A stretch of DNA of 64,000 nucleotides from Leucoraja ocellata. Lineage: Eukaryota. Both the position numbers and the translations under genes were made by a program. The stretch covers positions 930,001 through 994,000 of the forward strand of contig JAWMAR010000612.1 of assembly GCA_036785375.1 (NCBI GenBank). Direction: 5' to 3'. This document shows positions 1 to 13,200 of this stretch, in pieces. Below the pieces are notes generated by a model, which was not told the origin of the DNA, ran no database searches, and was given only the letters and a program-made list of their open reading frames with translations. Numbering within the stretch: the first letter of the stretch is position 1; every line of letters starts with the position of its first letter.

Positions 1-1182
1 TGGAACAAGGGACGTTGAAAATTGATCCAGTAAAGGTATTGAAAATCCAGAACGATCTGGAGCGAGTGGATGGAAAGACTTCCTGTTACTGGAATGGTCA
101 AGAAGCATGAACATACCATGAAAGTGATTGGCAAAACTACTAAAAATTTACACAAGGAAAAATTGCCTTTGGTGGAAAGTGGTTGGGGTCTGGAATGTTC
201 TTCTTGGGGGAATGGAGAAGGCAATTTGGGTTCAGAAAAGCACTGGAAAAAGAGCTTGGAAAAATAAAATTGCATTGAAAGCATGCGGCTGTCGGATCAA
301 TTGGACCTGACATACTGCATGTCATCTTTGTGCTGACTTTCACATCAGAACATGCTATGAACAGCTTAAATAGTAGACAAGACTATTCTACCTTATTTCT
401 GTTCTCCTCACAGCATACTGTTTCGCCAGCAAACTTGGAAATTGTACCGTGTCCTCAAGTTCACATACTTAATGTGACATGATATATTTAGCTGCCAGCG
501 GAAGTAGTTGAGGCAGGTACAATAACATATAAAAGACCTTTGGGCAGGTACATGCATGGGAGTTGTGCCAAACGCACCAAATGGGACTAGCATAGATGGG
601 GGATCTTGGTTGACAAATTGGGCTGCAGGGCCTGGTTCCTGGCTGTGTGACTCAGACTGGACAATATAACCAGATCCTGCAGTGGAACGAGTTATATCTA
701 TTTTCCAGATGCTCTTTTTATTTTGCATAAAGGGTACACAACTCTGACATACTTAAATATTCTTTCATTTCTCTAAAGATAAAAATAAAATAAAACGACT
801 AACCTATTTTTAATTACACTGACTCAGAAATAAATAATCAAAACACCAAGAAGTTCTACTCATTATTGCGTTGGGGTATTTGTGGAAGCTGACAGTATGC
901 AAGATGTCCCCCAAATGGACTTCACCTCAATCAGTATGGGGTTTCCTACCATTGCAAGAGGTAATGTTAATGGCTCATGCTTTCAATCATATTTTGTTAA
1001 GACATTTACACATATCTAAACAAAATGGATAAAAGCAATCTGGGAACAAAGCGACAATTTTCTGAAGTAGGGTCTTGACCCGAAACGTCACCCATCACAT
1101 CTCTTCAGAGATGCCGTCTGTCCCACTGAGTTACTCCAGCATTTTGTGTCTATCTTCGGTTGCATTTGGATTTTTGGCCAGT

Positions 1183-1456
1183 TTAATAATAAGGAGTAAG
1201 CCATTTAGAACGGAGATGAGGAAAAACTTTTTCTCACAGAGAGTTGCGAGTCTGTGGAATTCTCTGCCTCAAAAGGCGGTGGAGGCCGGTTCTCTGGATG
1301 TTTTCAAGAGTTAGATAGAGCTCTTATAGATAGCGGAGTCAGGGGATATGAGAAGGCAAGAACGGGGTACTGATTGTGGATGATCAGCCATGATCACATT
1401 GAATGGTGGTGCTGGCTCGAAGAGCCGAATGGCCTACTCCTACACCTATTGTCTAT
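1183..1456 (+). mobile_element. CR1 LINE 3' end fragment
   Basis: Encodes [28 protein letters not shown]; 3' UTR and tail match the 32400-32649 copy. Confidence 0.85.
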
Positions 1457-2454
1457 AAACCAGCAACGGCAGTTCCTTCCTAAACAGTTTTATCTCATTC
1501 TAGGAGAAAAAAATGGCGTCATTTGCTTGGTGTGTCCTCCCTCTGGTCCATAAGCCTACATCGATATTAAATAGCAGAAACAAGGGAGTTCTTGTTTCAG
1601 AATTTAATTTGCAATTACAGATGAAGCATCCAGTACTCTTGCCTGTGTTTTAAACTGTGTTGTGCATGTGCCATTTCATGGATAGGATTACAGCTCATAA
1701 CTCAACCATAAAATGCAGCGCTTAAGTGGTTCTATTTTAATATATAAATGCAACATTAACTAACCTGTTGAGATATATCAGTGCAACAAGACGCGTCCTT
1801 TTGAGTCTTAACAAAATCTGACAAGTAAATATTGTCTGCCACAGTAAATCACAATAAAGATCCATACAGATTCATTCTTTCACACAATTATACAAACCAT
1901 ACCTCCAAAATAACATTCTCGGAGGGTTCAACAGGATAAATTCTATGGACGAGTTGGGCTGAAGTGCCGATCTCTCTGCTGTCGGACAACAAATTAAAGA
2001 CTCACAGGGGAAAAGGTCTTGAGCCAAAACTTCACTTAATCCTTTTCTCCAGAGATGTTGCCTGATCCGTTGAGTTACTCCAGCTTTTTGTGTCTATCTT
2101 TGGTGTAGACCAGCATCTGCAGTTCCTTCCTGCACATAAAGGCCCAGAGGGCTGTAAACCTACATAATTTTCTACCACAGCATCTGTAGACCCTCAGATA
2201 TTCAATATAGTGACGTTTCAGCAACAATAAATGTTTACGCACCATGGGAACCGAGAGGACAGTCCAGAGAGTCTGTGGAGGCAAGTCAGATGATCAGTGA
2301 TGATCTTATTGGAATTGATCCAGGGCATACTCCCACCTCTTTTCTCCTGAGGAACATTTACACTCCTTTCATCCCCAACAGGCCACAAAGAGCACTCATG
2401 AAACCAAACATCATTCAACATTTTACTGGAATTTACAAACACAAGGATACAATT

Positions 2455-2460
2455 TTTATT
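2455..2460 (-). terminator. Candidate distal polyadenylation signal (AATAAA) of MORF4L1
   Basis: AATAAA on the minus strand with a UGUA just upstream and GU/U-rich sequence downstream, about 1.7 kb after the stop. Other candidates: AATAAA 2748-2753 and ATTAAA 3471-3476. Confidence 0.45.
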
Positions 2461-4127
2461 TATGTACACAAACAACAGGCAAGTCTCATCAAGTTCTGAT
2501 GCGCGTTGAAAGTGAGCATCAGATTGGACCTTCCATTCTCAGGTACAAGTTCTTAGAATTGCCCAGTCTTCAATGAACAGAAACAGACTTTGAAAAGTCC
2601 ACAGGTTTACTTATAATAAGTTGTATAAAAAATGAACATGAATTTGAATATTGTACATTATCAAATACAAATGCAGAGAAGAATCTAAAAAAAACAGAAG
2701 ATTTTACATAACTGCATCTTTGGAAAATCGACTCCCAAAAAGATCCATTTATTGATGTTATGCAGTAGAGTGACAGCTCTGTTTCCTGTACAAAGCCAAT
2801 GTACCAGGGATGGCAATATATTTCTCTGGTAGAATCTCGCACTTTGTCCTTCCTGGTGATATCACTGTCATTGGTGCCACAAAGGTTTTTCTATATACAA
2901 TTTGTGCAGGAATGGAGATTTCTTGAGTTGTATATGGTTAGGCTGCTCTGTCCCACTCCCGCACTGCTGTGCACAGGCTTTTGACAATGCTTTTGTGATT
3001 CCCTGTAGTCCTGTGCAGATTGCCGAGGAAGTCCATCAGCTGTTAGCTGCATCACTATCGTAAGACTTTCAGCAAAGTAAACTCTGATTAACCAGCAAAA
3101 GTTTCAACACAAGTTAGTTCTGTACAGAATTTGAGGAAACAATACATCACCTTCCCCAATGCATCACCCTTCCCCTACAGACTACCCGAGTGTAGACTTG
3201 ACATCCACAACAGGGAAGACGTCTCAGTCTGGGCTGAAGGGTTTCTAACCCAAGTAACCAGAGCAGACGGTTCGACAGGGATCTGAACCAAATGCTGTTT
3301 AATGACTTCAGAGCTTGTTGTGTGTGCCCTTGATATGGTTCACACATGAAAAACGGCTATCGCAGAATGATGCCAGAAGACTGCTAAAAACGTGGAGTGT
3401 GACTGCACCCCAGACAGATCAGCACCCTCAGGCAAGGAGGAAGAAAAATGTTTCTTTCCTGCCAAGGTAATTTAATTAGCTTTTCAAAGCTCACTTTTAC
3501 AGGAATTTTCTTCCTTCTCCGGGTTGAAAGTGTTGGAATGGAAATTGCTTCCATTTTCCATCTGTATTAAGCACTCAACTGTGCATTTTTACAAACAAAA
3601 AAAATCTGACTATTAAATGCATTTTCCACAAATGGATAGAAATCCACATGCAGCACGTGATACAGTTAAAATCCACCTCCTTGTATCATCAAGAGCTGAA
3701 AAATTACAAACTTGTTCTTTGTTATCATGGAACCCAAGTTCAAACTAATTTATCAGCCCAAAAAACAGGGCTATGATATAACCAATAAGCATAAACTGGA
3801 TGTTTACAACATAACCATGATTAAGAACATTTTTAATGTTTGTATCCAAGGATAAAACCCAAACCATTCAGGAATTAAAGTATCTGGTTTCCTCCACACT
3901 GGCTCCACTACCCACACTCCATTTGCCAAAAAGACTACCAGAGGATGAAAAACCATCAATGGTAAAAGTCTACTAAAATGGTTTACAAATTACATTTGGA
4001 ACCTCATTGCTGCAGGTACCAGCGGCAACAACTGCTGTACTTCAAATTGGTTAAAAAAAACCTGTACAAAAAAAAGTTAAATACAAAAAGAAATCATTAC
4101 CAAAAGGTGAAATTACAGTTAGCACAG

Positions 4128-4212
4128 TCACACGGCCTTTCGATGATATTCTGGTGGTGCCACTTCATAATCACTTGGACTGAACAGACTTGAAGCATTC
4201 TTCACCAAGTAC
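4128..4212 (-). CDS. MORF4L1: MORF4L1 exon 12 coding part ([27 protein letters not shown])
   Basis: TTTCAG| acceptor, TGA stop at 4130-4128. Confidence 0.97.
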
Positions 4213-7200
4213 CTGAAAATGACGTGGGGTTGAAGAAAATAGAGTTACGAATAACAATTCAGTTACCAAGATGGTTAGTCACACCCCAATTTGCCTTCTC
4301 TATATTTGCCTTCGTTGTCTCTGTACTGTACACTGACAATGAAAGTTGAATCTGAATCTGACATGGACTCTGATGAAGCCCACATTTACACTGCACCTCC
4401 AATTTCTGTGCAAGTCGGATGCTCCCCAAATCCTCCACCTCTCAGCTATTCCAACCCACACCACAAAAAGCTGTTGAGCCAGAGATATGGATGGCAAGGA
4501 AATTTGTGAAAGACCCCCTATTTTTGCACATTCAAGGCAGCAAACAGGAGGGCAAATATAAGGCGTGAAATGGAGCTGGCATGTAAAGGTAAATCCTAAC
4601 AGATTCTGCAGGCATATTAAGTGTAAAAAAGGGGATTGGGATAGAAGATCCACTTAAAGATCAACATGGCCATCTGTGTGTAGAGCCATAAAAGATGGGG
4701 GAGATATTAACTTAATGCTTCTCACCTGGTTGACAGAGGGGGAAGGGGAAGACCCATCACTACTGAGGTTCAATGGACAATGTTCCGTCTGGGGGCAAGT
4801 GTAGGAGGTGGGAGCAGTTCCAGTTGCCCGCTACAAGATATCATTAAGGTCGAAGGGGTCAGAAGAGATGCCCCAGAATATTACTTGGGTTTGCACACAT
4901 GGGTTATGGGGAGAGGTTAGATAGGCTGGCATTTTTTCTTCGAATATGGGGGCCCAGGGGGTGACTTTATTGAGGCGTACAGTATCAGGAGGGGCATGAA
5001 TAAAGTGTAAGCAACCAGTATTTTCTGCAGGGTAGAGGATTGTAAAAATAGAGGACAGAAGTTTAAGGCAAGAGGGTGGAGATTTAAGAAGGACGTCAGG
5101 AGCAATTGTTTCATTCAGAGGATGGCCCGTAGCTGGAATGAGCTGCAGAGGAAATTATAGAAGTCGACACAATGACTTTTAAAAGACATTTGTTTCCCCT
5201 TAATCCCAACAACCTACCACTTCATCTGACATTGTATGTGTATTCTTTACTTCCAATCCTTAATCCCTTGCTAAATTCTATACTTGCTCAAAATTTCAAT
5301 CTTCCACTTCTAATAAAGACTACAAGGTAAGAACAGTTCATTCTCCAGATGACCCGAGTATTTTCCCAGAATTTATTCCCTTACACTGATTTTCACTGGT
5401 ATGCAGACCAGACTTTAAATGTTTGACAGTCTGACATTCCACACAACTTCCTATATATGTTGCCCAGGCTGTAAGAACATTCACCCCATTATCCACCGTA
5501 TTTTTTAAGGCGTAGGAAAGAAATGCAGATGCTGGTTTACACCGAAGATAGACACAAAATGCTGGTAGACAAAAATGCTGGAGAAACTCAGCGGGTGAGG
5601 CAGCATCTATGGAGCAAAGAAAATTGGCACCGTTTCGGGTCAAGACCCTGAAGACTTGTCTGAAGACCCAAAACGTTGCCTATTTCCTTCGCTCCATAGA
5701 TGCTGCCTCATCTGCTGAGTTTCTCCAGCATTTGTCTACCTTCGATTTTCCAGCAATCTGCAGTTCCTTCTTAAACACAAAATGCTGGAGTAATTCAGCG
5801 GAACAAGCAGCATCTCTGGATAGTAGGAATGGGTGACGTTTTAAGTCTGAAGAAGGATCTCAACCCGAAACATCGCCCATTCCTTCTATCCAATGATGCT
5901 GCCTGTTCCACTGAGTTACTCCAGCATTTTGCGTATATTTTTAAAGGCTTTAGGTATTTTGAAATGTTACTTACTTTAAGAAATCGTGCAAGTAATTTAG
6001 CAGCAAGGCCAAACTCTTCTCATCCAAAGGTGTGTACGCTAGCATTGCTCCTATTCGCACTGTTAGAGAGAAGCTGGACTTTAGAAGAAAGTATTGTTAC
6101 AGCATTCATTCCACAGAACAGAAGTGGGCTAATCAAAGCAGTTTGCCCATGCTTCACACAACTCTCCTTCAGTAATAACATCTCAGTGTCTCCAATTCTT
6201 TCAGATATTGAACTAAATGCTTGTCATTCACTCCATCTGGCAGCAAGCTCCACCACATTCTCTGCACTAGCAATCTCCTCAATTCCGACTGGATTTTTAG
6301 TAACCACATATTTAGTCCCTTGATTTAGATTTGCCTTCAGACTGAAATATCCCTGCAACCACCTGATCAAATCCTTTTGTAATATAAAAGGGGTCAAGTC
6401 ATCCTTCAGTTTTCTGCCAGCTCTGCTTTGTGCGTCCTTCTCTGATAAAGGAGCTATTATTACTGCTATTATCTTCACACATCAAAGCGTTGGCAACAGC
6501 ACAATGGACATTTTTTAGCGTGGAAAATACAATGATACTCACTCCGTCACACATATTTGATCAAGTGAACGCAATCAAATTTCTCTTAAATGGTCCAGCG
6601 AGAAGCAAATGGGATGAAGTTGATTGTTTCTATTTTTACATCAGTAGGCTGTGGGCCGAGCATCAAAAATGTGTCTAGAAATAGGATTTTGTGACCCAAG
6701 TCACCAAACTACATGAAATTTTCACATATTGTGTAAACATTTTTATATAAATCACCCCGAAACTCTATATGAAGAAGACTTGCACATTTTTATTAAATTA
6801 GAGAAAAACCGGAAAAATGTCGGGAATCAGCAGGGACTTTGAAGGCTTTCTTGTACTTTAATCCACTTCGCAGCACTTTCTTCAGCCTTTTTTAATGCTT
6901 TTCCCACTAAATACAATTAACTTGCTGCAAGTTTCCACGACATTTATTCCACAGAACAACAAATCGGAATCTCCAGTAAAACAGGCATCTGTGAAGCCCC
7001 CTCAGCCATTTAGTGTGCTAGCCCGAAACAAAGCGCGTGATTGGCCAACTGGCAGACAACTCAATGTTAAACGTGCTTTGATTGGACTAAAAAATTCCCG
7101 ACATTTTTCCGGTTTTGCTCTAATTTAATAAAAATGTGCAAGTTTTCTTCATATTGTGTTTCAAGGGTGATTTATATCAATATTTTTACACAATATGTGA

Positions 7201-10200
7201 AAATTTCATGTAGTTTGGTGACTTGGGTCACGAAACTGCAGAATAAAGCTCCTCGGCCCACAGCCTACAGGTTTCTAGCACCGGATGTTTTTGATTTTAT
7301 TTCACTTCTCATTTCTGAAGGGCAACTTTCTCCACACAGAGGGTGGTATGTATGTGGAACGAGCTGCCTACTTTCAAATGAGAAATATCGAACTGGGTTA
7401 CAGAGGGCTGCAACTGTCCCCAACATCTCCAGCTTCTGCAAAATGAAGGAACAAAACTCTGAAGACTCGGCGCAGAGCTACAATAATTCAGGACGTTAAT
7501 CAAACTTGCCAAACAATCGAAGGAGATGTGGTGCTCCGTAAATCTGTGCCATAGATGCATCAGGGTGATCTGCCAGGATCTCTGCATATTGTGGACGCTC
7601 AAATTTGTACAGCAGCTGAGTCCCCAACATCACATTGAAGTATTCCTTTATTCCTGCAACTACTTCATTAACAGCATATTCCCTGAAAATGAAAAATCAC
7701 AACTCAGCAACCAGGAGAACGCCACAATCAGTTTCTGTCATTGGAAATAATCAAGGTACCAGAGCAACCCTAAGATGAAGTTTGATAGTTTTATCGGGTA
7801 GATTGAGAGACAATATTTTCCTGAATTTATTATCAGAGGGATCATGAACCTCGGAATTCACCACCCCAAGGAACAGCAGAGGTGGAGTAATGGAATACAT
7901 CCAAGTTGGAGTTGCTCTGCCGGTCAGGCAGCATCTCTGAAGGAAATGGATTCATGATGTTTTGGGTCAGGACCCTTCTTCTGACTGATTGTAGTGTGGG
8001 GAGGTGGGGGGGGGGGGGGGGGGGGGAGAAACTGAAAGCTAGTTTTAAAAAAACATGACAAATCGAGGCCAGCAACAGATAACCTCAGGCATCTGCTATG
8101 CTAATTGTTGGCTAGAGATAGTGCGAGCCCAAGAGGGATACATCATTGCGAAATTTAGAACTAGTTAATGGACTTTTAGTGGGGGGGGGGGGGGGGGGGG
8201 GGGAAAGGAGAAAGGAAAGAGAGGGGTTTGTAGAAGTTAACTAAAATATGTCCTGTTTTTTTCTCGTATCCAGTCCCCCCCCCCCCCACACTCCACTACA
8301 ATCAGTCTGAAGAAGGGTACCAGCTCAAAACATCACATCCATTTTCTCCAGAGATGCAGACTTACCCGCTGAGTTACTCCAGCATTTTCTGTCTATCTTT
8401 CATATAAACCAGCATTTGCAGTTCCATTATATTACATTCAAGATGGAGATTGACAAACATTCAAATTGAACTAGAGCAAAGGGTCATATGAAAGTCGTGC
8501 TGTAGCCAAGATTGAGTTATCCAAAATATTATTAAAGGATGGAGCACATGGGAGGGGTCAATTGGCCAAATAGTTTTCTAATTTTCCAATATTAAAAATA
8601 ATCCAATCCATACAAGTCCATATTGTTTGCCAACAATTCCCCAAAAATTGATCAGAATGTTGCAGCTGTTCCTTTATTCGAAAGAATTCAGTAGAGGGAG
8701 GACAAAGCATTGATAAAGTGAAGGAAATCCAAATAGGAGAATGGTCAAGCATGAAACAAAGATAAAAGCCAACAGCAGCTGATTTAGTTTAGAACAATAT
8801 GGGAAAATAAAGAAATGGCTGAGAAATTAAGAACATTGGTCTTCATGAAGTATACAGAAATGTTCTGTGCAGACTCTCAAACAATCGCTATCTTATGGTA
8901 ACTACAGAATTCTGATGTGTTTGACAAGGAAATTGCAGAGTTCTGGTGTGTAGAACCAGAGATCAAGAAAACAAGTGCTCTGGAGAAAGGTTGTGGGTGA
9001 GTGGGTGAGTAATTCAAGAGACAGAGTGTGAGATATTAATGGAATTGAGAGAGAGATAGATTAATTGAAGAATCAAAGGATATGGTTAGTATAGTAACAA
9101 ACTCCAGAGTAAAAGAACAGCCATGTTTGCATTTAAGACTTGGTCCTTCTTCCATTATGTGATACCAATAGAATGTGATCCACAGATATCTTGACAGTAA
9201 TAATATCTACACACTTATTTTAGTTCTGATGAAAGAACATTGAAATGAAATGTTATCATTACTCACTCAGATGCTCTCTGGGCTGCTAAAAGTTCCTAGC
9301 ATTTTTGTTTCTTTCAAAAACAAAGAGATAAACATCCATTTTATTTTTGTTTTCAAGCAAAACCATTCATCCAAGGTTGAGATGGGGAACAGATTCAAGG
9401 AATGGTCACCGATTGTCAACCCTAATGGGTCAGTCTTTTTCGAGCATCTCAAGTTGCCAAAAGACATTTTCGATCTTCAAGAATGCTATCCTTACCATGG
9501 CAAGTAAAACCAGGAGGAAGGGAGCTCCAGAGAAAGGTCAAGCCTCTCTAGAGATCCCAATGAAAATTCCAGTATTAGCTTCTCAGTATTTTAAAGTTAT
9601 ATAAGACAGCAAACATAAATACACTCACTTGTTATTGTCAGTGTTCCCACGTGACTTTTTGTAGTTAGCATACTCTTCCAGAACAGTGTCAACATTCTTT
9701 TTAGCAGGCAAGTGAAACAGCTTTAAAGACATATAATTGCTGGTTAGGATGTATAGCCATATTACAAATACATGAATGTTGGTCAATACAAACCTGCAAC
9801 ATTCATTCTCAATTATTAAAAGTAACAATCTACTCTACCAATTAATTGCAAACATATTTAAAATTCTAATCATATAAACAAATTTGTAGTTCACCGATCA
9901 CATCTATTATTTATCCAACCTCAGCAATGTTTATTTTCCGCGATGTAAAACAATGGTGTAGTAACAATGGTCAAAACTCAAAGCAGTTTTACAATATGTT
10001 TTAAAAAAGTGGCTAATGTTTACAAACAATGCCTCAAACGTGTTAACTAATAGAACATTAAAAAAAAATGTAAAGGAATTGCAAACATGTTGCACTTTTA
10101 TATCATCTTGCAAGTGAAATGTACCTGGAATTAGAATCAGAGGATAGGGCCCATACAGTCCACCTCATCTCTGTGGACCCTGCTACCAATCTATGCTAAT

Positions 10201-13200
10201 TCCAAATGCCTGCGTTGAGCCATTCCTATCCAAATGCCTTTTAAGCATTGTAATAGTACAGCGAGTCTCTGGGTTACAAGAGATCTATCCCAAGAACTGT
10301 CTGAACTACTTTTTCTGCAAGTCAGAAACAACTAATTTCAATGAATGCTGATTAACATTAAAATGAATTTATTGTCTTTCTGTGTCATTACAATGGTGCA
10401 GAATCAGAAGGTCCCACATTGAATGGCTAGTTTTGATGGCTTTAAAGTGTCAATTTATGTTACATGGTTTGATAATGTTACAAATGTCAATTGAAGAGCT
10501 TTATGCTCTAGTCTAAAGTTACTGAACTAAAGAGATCTGATCTATTGGAGCATATTCACGTGTTGATACATATTATTGAAACCTTATCTCATTGACTACC
10601 TTTCCAAATAAAAAAATGTAATCCTTATATAGTTGAGGATTAAGAGCCTGTCCTCTGACCTGTGAAACAGCTAAGCATCATGCAGCTCAAGAGACCATTA
10701 GGGAGGGACCGTATACGTCGACTTGGACAGCAATATCAATGCCCAACAGTTGATCATTCATACACGCTCACACACATCCATCCTCAACAACATATTGAAC
10801 TTACTCTCTCTCACTGTAAAGCTCATTAGAAGTATAATAGCTTTGACCATAGCTTGTGCAAAGTCAACTTCTTTATTGTCCCCCTGACTAAAGAAACATT
10901 AGGTACTAAGCTCAAACCTCCATTGGTATTAGACTGACAAAGCAATATTACGATTGGTTTCAAAATGTAAGTCGTGTCCTGTCCCCTCCCCCAATGAGCT
11001 AAACATGAGGAGACAAGGAACTGCGGATGTAGGAACATTCAGGTTCCTCCAGAGAAGGTGCCCAACCTAAAATATCACCTATTCATTGCCTCCACAGATC
11101 CTGCCTGACCTGCTGAATTATTCCAAGCTTGTTTTACTCAGTGAAACTTGTGAACTAATCATTTCTAAATTATTTTTTTATCCACAGTTGCAAACCAAAG
11201 ACTATTTTACTGTATGTTATGAAGTAATAAATTGAGCGCGTTTAGATGACAAAGACCATTTCTGGTAATATCCTATTAAGTAACTGACTATTTTATGAAA
11301 TTACTTTCTAGATTCAATTGGATCTGGGAGTGGAATTTAATACATTTTATCAGATGTAATATCCCCAGGGAAATCTTTTGCTTTAAGAACAGCAGTCATC
11401 AATTGCACGATGTTTAATCCACACAATTTGCTTAGAGTGTGATCTCAGAGGCAAAAACAGATTACTGAATACCAAAGTTATTTGGAATTTCATCTTTCTA
11501 TGTACAATGAGAAAGGAAAAATGTGGGCAGCTGCTGGAAAATAAAAGGTAGTATTGGCACATATAGCTCACAAGTTTACAACGAGGCAAGGCGTTTTGAG
11601 ACTTCTTCTACCCTGCCCCAGAATGTGACGCCACCACCAAATTGTACTGCCTGCAACGCATTTGTGACAGTCGTTAAAACGTGTGGCTATAGGGAAATTG
11701 CAAGTTTGGTGGTCTTTACTGCTTAAACATGTTTTGCTTAGAATTAGGACTGAAGCCCTGCAATCATTCCACTCCATTTCATTAGTCTAAGAACAGTCTG
11801 AACCCAAGATGAAAGACAATACTTGCTAAACAATAATACCCTATTTTTTAACTTGAGGCCCACCTAATAGGGAAGCCCATTTCAACAGAGTAAATGCAAG
11901 GAATCCTGAGCCAGAGCCCACAACAGTTCATCCTGCCTGAAAATCTGAGGTAAACCAATAGAGGAATTAAAAAAAACCTCAAATCACAAAATATTACATG
12001 AGGTAGCAGCTCCACCTACCTTTCCATTAAATGCATTTTTATAATTTATTTAAAACACTCCCTGTAGCTGCAAGTCTTACTCTGTCGTTTAGGTTTAAAA
12101 CAAATGGGTGCAGTACTAACCTGTTTTTGACGAGTGATCAGGTCCCAATCATCCACGAGCCATGGTTTCAACTCTTCTGGTATTTTTACCTTTACTTCAA
12201 CCCTGTTCATAAATGTCTCCTCCTGCAGAAGTCAAAGAATCGCCAAATTAATGATCCACTCAGATATGTATTTGACATCCATTTTGCAGTGCCGTTTCAA
12301 AATTCCCCATTCGCATACATAGCAATTATTTTTGTTCATTACTACAATTAGAAAACAAAATATCCCCACTCATGCTCTCTCAAAGCTGTGACCAGATGAG
12401 GGTCCATAGGTATAAGCACCAGGTATAAGTTTGAAGGGATACTACGACTGTACTCCAGCACTGTATACAGATATCTGGTTAGAGTCCATCCTGCATTATT
12501 TTATTCAGTTATAGGAAGGATATTTTCACCTTGTGATGGACTGCAGGAGCCATTACCAAAATCATACTGGAAATAATGAAATGCTGGAGGCCTGGTTGCT
12601 CAGATACATTTTATATTCCTGCTGAAACTTGGAGCCTTATGTTCAGGGGTGATCTGGAAGCATATTTTCACACGGTGGAGGCAGAAAACTACAGTTCTCT
12701 TTTCCCACAGAGCTGCGGAGTCAGGGGAGACATCGGAAAATCCCAACACTTGGGATTAGGGATCAGGAATATGCTGATGGGGCATGGTAATTAATTATGT
12801 GACTAATGTGGCCCAGAGGCCACATTGTTGATCTGTATACACACACATCTACATACTTTCATTGGAGCTGGGAATTTTAAATTAAATAAATACATCTGAA
12901 CTTTATCCAAAAAAGTTTCAGAATTATTGTAAAATGCATGTTCACTTGGCATTCTTATCTGGTCCAGTCTATGTGACTCCAGACTCACAACTAACCTCTC
13001 AGTTCCAGGGCTGTAAAATATAAGAATGAAATGCTGGTCTGGCCAGTGATACCAACATCACTTGAATAACATTTTACTCACACAATCCCTCTTCCATTGC
13101 CTACCAGAGGTTCACGGTCACATCTGCAGAACGAATAAAAGCATTCCCCAAAACTGTCACCCAATCTAAGTTTGGTCTCCAGATGTGGAGGACACTGCAC

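Noticed and set aside
1-310. Short ORFs at the window start as a possible end of a neighbouring gene such as CTSH
   Set aside because: No frame matches the cathepsin H C-terminus or any protein I recognise; all three plus frames have early stops
5510-5940. Repeated ~30-40-bp units that could suggest a CRISPR-like array
   Set aside because: Eukaryotic context; these are nested, inverted Penelope-terminus repeats without unique regular spacers
5829-6323. 164-aa plus-strand ORF
   Set aside because: Starts in a Penelope-derived repeat and runs antisense through MORF4L1 exon 11
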